A DNA stretch of 63,641 bases, filler included, from Salisapilia sapeloensis CBS 127946 (lineage: Eukaryota > Protista > Oomycota): assembly GCA_023334545.1 (NCBI GenBank). It is 9 parts of 9 records of this genome, joined end to end, with 100 filler letters (N's around TTAATTAATTAA, not from the genome) between each part and the next. Parts side by side here need not be neighbours in the genome. Positions count along the whole stretch, not along the records: positions 33,013 to 41,006 come from JAADVB010000502.1; positions 41,107 to 50,863 come from JAADVB010000458.1; 7 more parts are not named here. One strand, given 5' to 3'. The position numbers and the translations under genes were made by a program. Under the pieces are notes generated by a model. The model was not told the DNA's origin. It did not search any database and saw only the letters and a list, made by a program, of their open reading frames with translations. Below are positions 37,145 to 46,852 of this stretch, piece after piece; the first letter of the stretch is position 1; each line of letters opens with the position of its first letter.

Positions 37145-38692
37145 ATGGCACCAAGGTCACCTTCGCTCGAGTATGGCTACAGTGAGAACTTGACACCTGT
37201 CAATGTATCACCAGGCTCATTCCACGCAATTACAAGCAACGGTGATCCACCCATGTATCCTGCTCCGAAACCCATTCTATACACCAGTACTGGGCTATCC
37301 TTCATGCTATTGCTCCAGTACGGTTTCTCCGTCAGCCAACTGAATCTGTCGACTTTCAACGATGAAGAAGATTGCGACGCGAGACCGGTGAAACCTGGCA
37401 CATGTATCATGTTCCCAGGTCATACTAAACTCCAGTGGACACTTGCAGTCAACGCTTGGCTCTTCGGCTGCATCCTCGGTAGCTTTGGCATCGGTCCACT
37501 CTGTGCCAAGTACGGCCCGAAGAAGTCGTTCTATCTTAACGCCATTCTTACTCTCATTGCTGCAGGCATCCAGGCGAGTTCCTTCAGTATCTGGCAGTTC
37601 ATCTTCGGTCGTCTGCTCGCTGGTTTTGGCACTGGCATCGCGTCCGGTGTCCAGCCAGGATACGTGTCCGAGATTGCTCCCCCACACTTGAGGAACAAAT
37701 TGGGCATGGGTTACCAGTGCACACTCTCTATCGGTGTTTTATTCATGTCCAGCACCTTTTTCTACGCTGATACGGTCATAGGTTGGCGCATCTTGGCAGG
37801 TATGTCTGTCATTGCTGCCGTGCTCTTCCTTTTCCTCGCTCCATTCTGGATGGTCGAAAGCCCTGCGTGGCTGCTCGTTCGAGGACGTCGAAGTGAAGCT
37901 AACGATGAGTTGGCAAGGTTGTTTGGTGAAGAGAATATCTTCACGGCATTGGAATGGCTGGAGACTGCCGAAACGGAAGATGACATGGCTCCAAGTTCGG
38001 ACAACAACAATTACCAGAGTTCGACCGATCTGGTCAAACCAGTGACGTTGGAACGACGGACAACACTATCATCTCCTGGTGTGCGAGCTCAATTGCTAAC
38101 AGCACTTGGCTTCATCTTCCTCTTCCACTTCTCCGGCGTGACCACGATCTTCTACTATTCTTCCGCTATCTTTAACCAGGCAGGTATAGCGGATGATAGA
38201 ATTGGTGTTAATATTATTAGTATCGTCAACCTTATAGCACCTTTGGCTGCTATCCCATTCTTCGGATGGTTTGGTAGTCGTCGTATGATGTTGTTTGGAA
38301 CTATCGGTGTAGCACTCAGCGGTGTCGGCGTGACTATATCAAGTTTATTCGAAATCTCATACCTCTCTGTCTTCTTCGCCGGACTGTACGTGACCACGTT
38401 CGAAATGGGAATGGGCGTCGCCATGTGGGCAATCCTGCCTTCTATCTTCCCGAATGAAGTGCGAGCGAATGCGATGGGCGTCTGTATGGGTACCAACTGG
38501 GTCGCCAATTTTATCGTCGGTTTCTCCTACCCGTACCTTTCAAGCGCGCTTGGAGACTTCACCTTTGTACCATTCGCTATTATCAGTGCACTCTCCTTCT
38601 TCTACATCAATAATATTGTCCCTGATACTGCAGGTAAGACAAACGATGAGATTCAGCGCTGGTTCCGACAAAAGTACTACTCGCGCGAGTAG
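37145..38692 (+). CDS. MFS sugar porter (GLUT/SP family), 12 TM
   Basis: GRLLAGFGTG, YVSEIAPPHLR, ESPAWL, GSRRMML, IFPNEVRA, NWVANF and PDTAGKT. Confidence 0.93.
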   Translation: MAPRSPSLEYGYSENLTPVNVSPGSFHAITSNGDPPMYPAPKPILYTSTGLSFMLLLQYGFSVSQLNLSTFNDEEDCDARPVKPGTCIMFPGHTKLQWTLAVNAWLFGCILGSFGIGPLCAKYGPKKSFYLNAILTLIAAGIQASSFSIWQFIFGRLLAGFGTGIASGVQPGYVSEIAPPHLRNKLGMGYQCTLSIGVLFMSSTFFYADTVIGWRILAGMSVIAAVLFLFLAPFWMVESPAWLLVRGRRSEANDELARLFGEENIFTALEWLETAETEDDMAPSSDNNNYQSSTDLVKPVTLERRTTLSSPGVRAQLLTALGFIFLFHFSGVTTIFYYSSAIFNQAGIADDRIGVNIISIVNLIAPLAAIPFFGWFGSRRMMLFGTIGVALSGVGVTISSLFEISYLSVFFAGLYVTTFEMGMGVAMWAILPSIFPNEVRANAMGVCMGTNWVANFIVGFSYPYLSSALGDFTFVPFAIISALSFFYINNIVPDTAGKTNDEIQRWFRQKYYSRE

Positions 38693-39376
38693 ATTGCACT
38701 TCACACTTGCAAACAGATAACGTAGAAAATATAGATGTTGAGTTTAAATGGAACTGAACACAAAGCCAATGGTTTATGTTGATCTTCTTCTGGATGGGAG
38801 TGTCTATTTACATCAAAGCTACTTTCTAATTTTTAATCTTAGATATAAATTATATAAACTTTTGGAGAAACGAAATGCTCCAAGCCCATAGCATGAGATC
38901 TTACACTTCACTTCAATCTGTTGTATACAGCTCATTTTGTCGTATCCGTCTGGGTGTTTCATCTGAAGACTAACTGACGCCAAAGAGAAGCAATTCGTAC
39001 TTCACTGTGCCGTTTCTTCTTGATTCCATCCACTGCAGGTCATGCAGAATAGCTATCGTTGTCTGGATAAGCTTAGACGAAACGCAATATACTAGCAAAA
39101 CAACTACCTCATGGTAACCTATCTTGTCAATCTGTGTAGACAACATTCTCAAGTTGTCCCATCAAGTTTCTACCTATCGAAAGCTACACTTACGCTCTGT
39201 CATGCGTGGAGTTCTATTCTATGTGCAGATCGTCGTCATCAGGCTCGACGAGTAACAAATGAAAGCAAAATGAACGCATTCAAGCAGTCCTTTTATTTCG
39301 AAATTCAAAACGCGCGCGTAGTTGATGCGCGAGTGACCAGATATCCTGCTGACCGTATCGACGTATTCGACATTTT

Positions 39377-40102
39377 TTAGTTGCGGAGACGGCGTTGGCC
39401 CCACTGGTTTCCACCACCGTTGCCCCACTGGTTTCCACCACCGTTGCCCCACTGATTACCACCAGCGTTACCGCCAGCGTTACCTCCATCGCCTTCATTG
39501 GCGACGGCACCGCCGCCACCACCGCCGGCTCCGTTCTGGATCTTCACACAGTTCTTGTACATTTGCCACTGCGGCTGGTGGAGAGCGAGCCAGTAGAACT
39601 TGAACTCGCACGTGCCCGAGCATTTCGAGTAGTCGATCGGGATCTCGGCAGGGTAGGCAGGGTACGTTCTCGCGCAGTTCATGTCTTGAGCGACCAACTG
39701 GTCGTCAATCCATGCCTCGCACGGACCCGTGTGGGATTCGAGGAAACCTTCCTGGTACTGGTCGTTCTGCCACTTCATGGAGCTGAGGCCACTGACATCA
39801 ACGGGACTGTTGTCCGGGTTCGTCGGACCACAACCTTGGTAGTTCGCATCAATCAACTCCCTCAGTGTTTTGTACTGGGAGTTGGGAAAAGCTTGGGTGA
39901 AGACAGCAGCGTTGTCATCGGGGCTATGGTTCCACACGAGACCACCAAATGCAGTCGAGTCAGAGTTTTCGTCGATTGTCCCGACCATGTCGGTCGGCAT
40001 CCAATCCGGTAGCATCTCAGCTTGGGGCTGGGAGAGGTAGCCGTGAGCGCTGACTTGGTGCACAGTCAGGGCCGAAGCCGCGATTACACTTGTGAACTTC
40101 AT
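39377..40102 (-). CDS. AA17-type secreted copper-dependent lytic polysaccharide monooxygenase with Gly/Asn/Gln/Trp-repeat tail
   Basis: Signal peptide MKFTSVIAASALTVHQVSA followed by His1 (HGY), then GCG, MKWQN...EGFLESHTGPCEAWID and FYWLALH...WQMYKNCV. The true start is Met64 of ORF 39377-40291. Confidence 0.85.
   Translation of the reverse strand: MKFTSVIAASALTVHQVSAHGYLSQPQAEMLPDWMPTDMVGTIDENSDSTAFGGLVWNHSPDDNAAVFTQAFPNSQYKTLRELIDANYQGCGPTNPDNSPVDVSGLSSMKWQNDQYQEGFLESHTGPCEAWIDDQLVAQDMNCARTYPAYPAEIPIDYSKCSGTCEFKFYWLALHQPQWQMYKNCVKIQNGAGGGGGGAVANEGDGGNAGGNAGGNQWGNGGGNQWGNGGGNQWGQRRLRN
39398..39490 (-). repeat. 24-bp tandem repeat (about 3 copies plus degenerate copies) encoding GNGGGNQW
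   Basis: gccccactggtttccaccaccgtt twice, then a variant third copy. Confidence 0.9.
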
Positions 40103-40138
40103 GGTATTGTCTTCTGAGTCTGGGTTGTTGCTGATGGA

Positions 40139-40154
40139 GCAAGTTGGGAAATGA
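40139..40154 (-). promoter_or_regulatory. INR+FPR-like core promoter of the AA17 gene
   Basis: TCATTTCCCAACTTGC on the minus strand, about 37 nt upstream of ATG 40102; one mismatch to consensus. Confidence 0.5.
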
Positions 40155-41006
40155 AAACCAAACGGATCGCCACGCAAAGTTGAGACCCCAAGCTCGCGCG
40201 ATTGCCGGTTGCTTTTCAAGAACACACTAGAGATCTTGCTGGGCGCCAACGGATCGATCAATCCAAGAGGGTATATGCGAAGGTCAGGCAATTAAATCGG
40301 AACCCTTGGAACGCGTACTGGTCACAGTTGTTTGTCTGGAAAATCATTGCATTGACATGCTACTGGATGAGCCGCTCATTCGTGCCCACGATGCGTTATT
40401 TTGATCTACAAGTCGAGCTTCTTGGTAAGCTATCGATTGCATTTTGCTTCAAAGCGAGAACATGACAGCATCAATACTGACACTACACACGCATGCTCTT
40501 TTGTAATTCAGCTCAGCATTCAAAAGCACTGCAATTGAATGCTAGCAGAATCGCGCTTCATTACCAAGCCTTTTGATACGAACGAGGCAAACGACCTGTT
40601 CGAGGACTTCGAAAGGATGTATAGAACCCCTGAGTCCCACCCTTTGGACTAGATCTCCGTTGGCAAGTGGTTTTGTGCAACTTGTCTTGCTCGGCTCAAT
40701 CGCTGTTAATGGCTTCCACTCGTGTCGATTAAGGCGTTTGGATCTTGAACCCTCGATCGTGTGTAAATAGCATTGAGCGCACTCGGGAAGCTACTGATAG
40801 ACATCTGATAAGCCATTAATTATTTCTGTCGTAGCGCGTATCCATGTTGTAGTGAACAAATGTGAAAGGAAATTGAAGGTTGGACTCATTGCTGTCTCTG
40901 GACTTTGCTTCATGCTCCTCACCTCTAGGTTTCATTGCCTATGAACAAACTCGGCTGCATGTAAATGGTAACTGCAGGCTGTGCTCTAGCCAATGATGGA
41001 GCTTTG

Positions 41007-41106
41007 NNNNNNNNNNNNNNNNNNNNNNNNNNNNNNNNNNNNNNNNNNNNTTAATTAATTAANNNNNNNNNNNNNNNNNNNNNNNNNNNNNNNNNNNNNN
41101 NNNNNN
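41007..41106. other. Artificial contig-joining spacer
   Basis: N44-TTAATTAATTAA-N44. Confidence 0.97.
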
Positions 41107-41190
41107 AACTAGCGCAAGTAAATCGAATGCACCTTCAACTTGGATGACTGCCGACGATCTACCGCGATACGCTCGACACGATTCCCACGA
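41107..41190 (+). repeat. Decayed dispersed repeat (copy 3, at contig start)
   Basis: gcaagtaaatcgaatgcaccttcaacttggatgactgccgacgatctaccgcgatacgctcgacacg aligns with 9450-9520 (minus strand) and 51240-51300. Confidence 0.7.
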
Positions 41191-43236
41191 AAACATGACA
41201 GAGGAACATACGATACACGTGGATAGGAATGGAAAGGTAAAGAGCGAACTAAGCCTAGGGCGAACCGCCAAATACTTCATTAAATTCTACTACTGTTTTT
41301 GCGTGTTTGTTCACACAATGCCTTAAATGCCTGACATAATACCCGAGATTACGCTCAACAAACATGGCCTCACTTTTCATACGCATTAAACAAAGTGAAT
41401 ACATTATCGGTGGAAGGAGTACTTATGGACATGCAGGCGAACTGTATCAACTCTAAAACGAAGCCATATAAAGCTAAATGCATGCGCAAGACTAGCATTG
41501 AGTTTTTGAAAGAGCCACAAAGTACTGAAGCGAACACTAATCGCACTAAACGAACAATTTCATGCTACAAGAGCTTTATTCCTGAAGGCTCACCGCAAGT
41601 TGGTATTCGTTATGCGAGTAAGAAGCGGCCTCTTTCGACCATCGAAGAGCTCACTGCTGGCAATTCATCTTACTACGAGAATATCGAGAAATGCACGTCA
41701 GATTGCAAGCGATCATTGTATAGCCAACACTGTTTCAGGTATACGCCAGGGACGAATGGATATGCCACTGTATCTGACGGCATTATTTTTCGCGACCTTT
41801 CTGTTATCCCAGTAGATCTAGGAAATCTTACCAAATTGCTAAGCATAGACGATGTTCTGGACAAATAAGGGTGCAAAGGTGAACCTGGGTCAAAAAGAAA
41901 GGATCCTTTGCAAGCCTTAAATGTGTGAGTAGTGATAACCCTTTAAAGCCTTCATGTACTGCAAATTAAAATAGAACATCCCACCATTCGTGACGACTCA
42001 TGCTACAAAAATAGTGCAGACCAACGAGCTAACAATTTGAATAGACGATGATTTTATAGGCAATGCTAGATCATCACTAGAAAGTTTTAGATTTATAACT
42101 TTGCACGGACACGCGCCAGACTCATGCTTCGATCCAATTAATCTCGCTGTAGATGCAGACACGTGCGTTCAGTCCAATAGGAGCCAGCTGACACCATTTT
42201 GTAACTTCTAGATATCCAAATTACGCAATATCCATTCAATCGTTTTTATTTCTAGTTCAAAAGATGCATGGAGTCGGTGTACCCCTTTGCCTATCTGTTG
42301 TAAAATCACGCTATCGATCGCTACCTTCCTCTTTTATCCGAACTACTGTATCTCTTTTAAGAGCTCAAATTAATTTACTATAAACCGAGTCACTCGGTGT
42401 ATGTGGGTGTCCTGATGTGTCCGAGTAATCAGAGCAACTTCACGCTAGCTTCAATCAAGGATTTCTTATCTGAATAAATATTTCCGTATTGGACCTTTGG
42501 CCGAGTGAAAGTGAGAAAGAGAAATAGCTCTTTGGAAGTGGCGTTTAGGTTCAGAGGTCATAAATCATTTCTACTTTTCTGATACGACGATATCCGAGTG
42601 AACTTAAACTCGACTTTTAAAGTCGAATGGCAGAGCTACTGGGGGTGACAACACAGTCACAAGTGAAGCAATATGACGAAAAAACAAAATAACAAACTGT
42701 CTACCAAAGCAAAGTCACCTTCTATAGAACAATAAAAATTGTACCTATCCTACCTACTTGTACGACCCTCAAAGGCCTGCTTCAGTAGATATCTTCTGAA
42801 CAGCATAAGCTATAACTTGACACTTTTCTGTCGCGTATTTCGATCGTATGAAAGCATCGTCATCTTGAAAAGCCATGCTTTCATCTAAGGACCATTGTCC
42901 AGTCTGTATATCCACACTAGTACTCCAGTATGAAATTCATCGCAACTTCTTTTCTTCACATAAGATGACGCGATGGCATAATCTTCTCTTTCCATCCTCC
43001 GACCACGGACGTTGCTGACGCCGCTATGTACGACCAAGTTTCCATCTGCGTGCCTCTAATCAGTCGATGAGTGGCTGAAATGTTTATGCGCGTACGGCGA
43101 TTGGGTGAAAAGATCTCTTTCGATAAGCGAAGACGTACGCCACAGTGCTAATCGACAGGAAGAGCTCAAGTGGCGCGAGAGTAGCTTAGCCACACTCACA
43201 GACGTAGGTGTCAAAGAAAACATTATCTTGATTCCG

Positions 43237-45273
43237 ATGGACTCGTACGCAATAGCTGGGACGCTGCTGTCAATAGCTGCAGCCTGGGTCTTGTACACCC
43301 GTCGTCCGTCTTCATCTCCTGGACAAAAGTCTCAGCTCGAGATGATGCAGATTCAGCAACAAATGCTCATGTACAAAAAGCAGAGTCAAGAGTTGGCTGA
43401 ACGACAGAAAGAAAGCCAAGTTGTGGAAGATGAAAGTAAGTTTGCTGGTGGACGTGTCACCATTTTGTTTGGCTCGCAAACTGGCACAGCAGAAGGGTTC
43501 GCACAAATGCTAAAGAAAGAAGGACGCAAGCACGGGTTCTTTACGCAGATGATCGACTTGGAAGAGTATGATCCGGAGCAACAGCTTTCGGAAGAACATT
43601 GCGTCATCTTCCTCATGGCTACGTATGGCGAAGGCGATCCGACAGACAATGCGATTGAATTCAACAAGTTCATTCGTGGCAAGTCTTGCGACTTGGATGA
43701 AAGCAGTCTTAAGGACGTGCCGTTCACGGTCTTTGGTCTCGGCAACAGGCAGTATGAGCACTATAACACCATGGGCAAACTCGTGAATGACCGCATGGAA
43801 AAGTATGGCGCGAAGCGAGTGTACAAGTATGGCGAAGGTGATGATGACGGCTCTTTGGATGAAGACTTTGACGACTGGAAGGAAGGCTTGTGGAAAGCTT
43901 TGCGCATGGAGTTCCTACCAGACAGTGCTGCTGACATTGAACCGACGGACACAGCGGAAGATGGAACGTCGGAGCCTGTCTTTGAGTTTGAATGTATTGA
44001 AATCGAAGAGGATGAACTAGATCGTCACGCGCGCAAGTCTTCTGAGGCTCATATCAAGTCTCTTACGAAGCATTTTGTTGCATCTCGACTAGCTAAAGTC
44101 GTGGTCAATCGCGAAGTTCGTCAATCGACGGAACTCGGATCCACGGTGCACATGGAAATCGATTTGGAAGGCACTGGCATGAGCTACGTTACTGCCGATA
44201 ACCTTGCGGTGTTGCCTGAAAACCTGACGTCGGTTGTCAACCGCCTTGCCGCGCGTATGAAGTGGAATTTGGACCAGTTGGTCGCTATCACTCCTGTTGA
44301 TGATGAGAACGGTGGCCAAGTGCCCTTCCCATCGCCATGTACGGTCCGTGACATCTTGATGAAGTACTTGGCGATCAATGGAAACCCTCGTAAGGGTCCA
44401 TTGAAGCAACTGGCGTACTATGCGCAGGACAAGGATGAGAGGCAGGAATTGATTCGACTAGCTGGCAAGGATGGCAAGGACGAGTATCAAAAGTGGGTTG
44501 TCGCGGATGAAAGGTCGTTTGTCGACATCATCGAGCACTACGAGTCCATCGACTTGTCGCTCAAAGCTTTGCTGCACATTGTCCCATTCATGATGCCTCG
44601 TTACTACACGATTTCATCTTCTAGCCTCGTGCATCCGAACCGTATCCACGCGACTGTGAGCATCATTCGCAATGAAAAGGAAGATGGACGTGTCTTCCAA
44701 GGTGTCGCATCGACATATCTTGGCAACTTGACGCCAAAATTGGAGGCAGGCGAGGCTCCGGTGGCACGTATTTTCACGCGTGCCTCTTCCTTCCGTCTGC
44801 CGTCGGATCCAAAGACGCCGATCATTATGATTGGACCAGGTACAGGTATTGCGCCCATGCGTGCATTCTTGCAGGAACGTGCGAAACAGAAGGAGGATGG
44901 ACTAGACGTTGGTCGATCCATCCTGTACTTTGGCTGCCGTCGTCGTGACGAAGACTTTATCTATCGAGACGAGTTAGAAAAGTACGAGGCGGATGGTGTC
45001 TTGACGGACATGCATCTCGCGTTTTCGAGAGAGCAACAAGAGAAAGTGTACGTCCAGCATCTGATGAAGCAGAATGCAGCGGACTTGTGGCGTCTAATGG
45101 ATGAGGAGAAGGCGCACATTTACGTTTGTGGTGCGACAACTATGGGAAATGACGTGAACAAGGTTCTGGATGAAGTCTTGCAAGAGTTTGGTGGCAAGTC
45201 CAAGGATGAAGCTGCTGCATATCTGAAGAAACTTCAGAAGGAAGAGAGGTATGTGCAGGAATTGTGGTCGTAA
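43237..45273 (+). CDS. CPR: NADPH-cytochrome P450 reductase
   Basis: N-terminal anchor, FMN motifs (FGSQTGTAE, ATYGEGDPTDNA, FGLGNRQYEHYN), RYYTISSS, GVAS, IGPGTGIAPMR, LYFGCR, KVYVQ, YVCG and terminal QELWS. The likely start is Met45 of the ORF beginning at 43105. Confidence 0.95.
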   Translation: MDSYAIAGTLLSIAAAWVLYTRRPSSSPGQKSQLEMMQIQQQMLMYKKQSQELAERQKESQVVEDESKFAGGRVTILFGSQTGTAEGFAQMLKKEGRKHGFFTQMIDLEEYDPEQQLSEEHCVIFLMATYGEGDPTDNAIEFNKFIRGKSCDLDESSLKDVPFTVFGLGNRQYEHYNTMGKLVNDRMEKYGAKRVYKYGEGDDDGSLDEDFDDWKEGLWKALRMEFLPDSAADIEPTDTAEDGTSEPVFEFECIEIEEDELDRHARKSSEAHIKSLTKHFVASRLAKVVVNREVRQSTELGSTVHMEIDLEGTGMSYVTADNLAVLPENLTSVVNRLAARMKWNLDQLVAITPVDDENGGQVPFPSPCTVRDILMKYLAINGNPRKGPLKQLAYYAQDKDERQELIRLAGKDGKDEYQKWVVADERSFVDIIEHYESIDLSLKALLHIVPFMMPRYYTISSSSLVHPNRIHATVSIIRNEKEDGRVFQGVASTYLGNLTPKLEAGEAPVARIFTRASSFRLPSDPKTPIIMIGPGTGIAPMRAFLQERAKQKEDGLDVGRSILYFGCRRRDEDFIYRDELEKYEADGVLTDMHLAFSREQQEKVYVQHLMKQNAADLWRLMDEEKAHIYVCGATTMGNDVNKVLDEVLQEFGGKSKDEAAAYLKKLQKEERYVQELWS

Positions 45274-45763
45274 GGATGCTTGCATCTAGTTGGATACTAC
45301 GTAGACAGGAGATGGGTAGAGTTTTCATAGGTCAGCGGGGAATATTCGAGCTGAGAATACAAATGCGATTGACCATAGAAATGTAGGCGTTGTTTATTTG
45401 TAGAGATGCATATCGGTAGGTATCCTACTGTCGTCATATTGCTTGGTGGTCGGAAATAATGCAAGAGATACTCTGGATCTCATGTGTGACAAGCATGATC
45501 CGAAAAGCTTGATACTGAACACAAACATCGTAAATGCTCTCTACGCTTCCTGAATAAGCTTTTCTGTGAATAAAATGTATAAGTAGACTAGTTATATCGA
45601 TTGCTATTGGAGGTACGATGGCAGGAAGTTTTGGTTAATGGACGTGCATGCAATAAAACAAACTTTAATCTCATGAACTCTCATTCTTTACTCATGCTTT
45701 ATCTCAAAACAAAGGTAGACATATTCCAATCGGTCAATTGTTCTCTTCGCAATGAAAACCGAC

Positions 45764-46852
45764 TTACGCATCACAGTCCGGATGTTGCGGAGCAGGGGTC
45801 ACTTCGGGAGTCTCAGCGGCCGCTGGAGCCTCCGTAGGCACAGGCTCCGAGGCTTCAGCTGGTACTTCAGCCGGTGCTTCCATCGGAGGCTCGGTAGGCG
45901 CATCCGTCGGGGCATCCGTTGGTGCTTCCGTTGGAGGCTCGGTAGGCGGATCCGTCGGGGCATCAGTAGGCTCCTCCGTTGGTTCCGGAGTATCTTCCGG
46001 AGCATCTTCCGACTGATGCTGTTCAAAGTTGGCGTCATTAGCGATATCTTCGTCCATGTTGCTTGGAACAAGCTTTCCTGGACCGTCATCACTGTCGTTA
46101 GCTGCGTTGCCAGTCACTTCGACCTGGAAGCATGAAGAGTAGGCTGCACCGCCGTAGTGTCCACCAGTCGTCTCGATGTTCTTGTTTACCTTGTCGTTGT
46201 AGAACTTCCAGTACCAGACAAAGTTGTAGATGCCTGGAGCAGTTCCTTCGGGAATGGTCACTTCGCCAACACACGGAAACCCGTTGCCTGCACGACCACT
46301 CCGGACGTTTCCAGAGAAGTCACCGTCCTCGTACGTTTCGCCACAGACGCCATCGTCAAAGTCGTGGAGCTGTCCATCGATGAGCTTATCCTCGGTCAAG
46401 TCAGCAATCTTGTCTAACGTCGTGTCCGGTTTGCCAGTCCAGTAGACACCGTAGTGGGTACCACGCGCCGACTTGTCCTTTGCAACGTGTCCGTTCGGTG
46501 TGTATCCGTAATAGAAGGTTTGACCAGGTGAAACCTCAAGGCGTGTGCGCCAGCCAGAGTAGTCCGGATTCGTGTCCTTACATGCCGGTGGTTCTCCGCT
46601 CTCGGCGTCATCCATCAGCACCTTGTAGGTCATCTTGTTGTTGATTCTCGAATCTCCTCGGCCAGGGTAGTTATTCGCATAGCCAGAGCAAAAGCCATTT
46701 CCACCTGTGCCTCCATAGATGTACGAGTGGCCACCTTCGAATACGACTTCACGGTCTGTGTCGAGACAGTCGATCCATGTATGGCCAGAGATGCCACTAA
46801 GCGTGGCTAGCCCAAGTACAATAGCAGTGGATAGAGACTTGGACGAAAGCAT
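45764..46852 (-). CDS. Secreted protein with predicted mature N-terminal His (HTWIDC), candidate LPMO-like copper protein, with Glu/Pro/Thr-rich stalk
   Basis: Signal peptide ending ISG|H, then NGH, FVWYW and YSSCFQVEV, followed by EPT/DAPT repeats. Confidence 0.75.
   Translation of the reverse strand: MLSSKSLSTAIVLGLATLSGISGHTWIDCLDTDREVVFEGGHSYIYGGTGGNGFCSGYANNYPGRGDSRINNKMTYKVLMDDAESGEPPACKDTNPDYSGWRTRLEVSPGQTFYYGYTPNGHVAKDKSARGTHYGVYWTGKPDTTLDKIADLTEDKLIDGQLHDFDDGVCGETYEDGDFSGNVRSGRAGNGFPCVGEVTIPEGTAPGIYNFVWYWKFYNDKVNKNIETTGGHYGGAAYSSCFQVEVTGNAANDSDDGPGKLVPSNMDEDIANDANFEQHQSEDAPEDTPEPTEEPTDAPTDPPTEPPTEAPTDAPTDAPTEPPMEAPAEVPAEASEPVPTEAPAAAETPEVTPAPQHPDCDA
45790..46010 (-). repeat. Imperfect 12-bp coding repeats (EPT/DAPT/EAPA mucin-like stalk)
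   Basis: Repeated catccgtcggggcatc and ggaggctcggtaggcg blocks. Confidence 0.8.

Noticed and set aside
39398-39490. AA17 octarepeat as a prion-protein-like copper-binding repeat (PHGGGWGQ)
   Set aside because: The repeat has no His, the essential copper ligand of the prion octarepeat.
39398-39490. 24-bp repeats (and the 12-bp repeats at 45790-46010) as a CRISPR array
   Set aside because: Contiguous in-frame coding repeats with no unique spacers, no cas genes and a eukaryotic context.
40103-40291. N-terminal 63-aa extension of the AA17 ORF in the track
   Set aside because: The signal peptide begins at Met64, and an INR/FPR element lies inside the supposed extension.
40515-40543. 9-bp inverted repeat (AGCATTCAA/TTGAATGCT) upstream of AA17
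   Set aside because: Single short palindrome with no second occurrence to support a regulatory role.
41395-41868. 157-aa ORF as a real gene
   Set aside because: GTG start, AT-rich context beside a repeat relic, no motif.
43237-46852. CPR as dedicated electron donor to the adjacent His1 secreted protein
   Set aside because: CPR faces the cytosol and the protein is secreted; tail-to-tail adjacency alone is not evidence.
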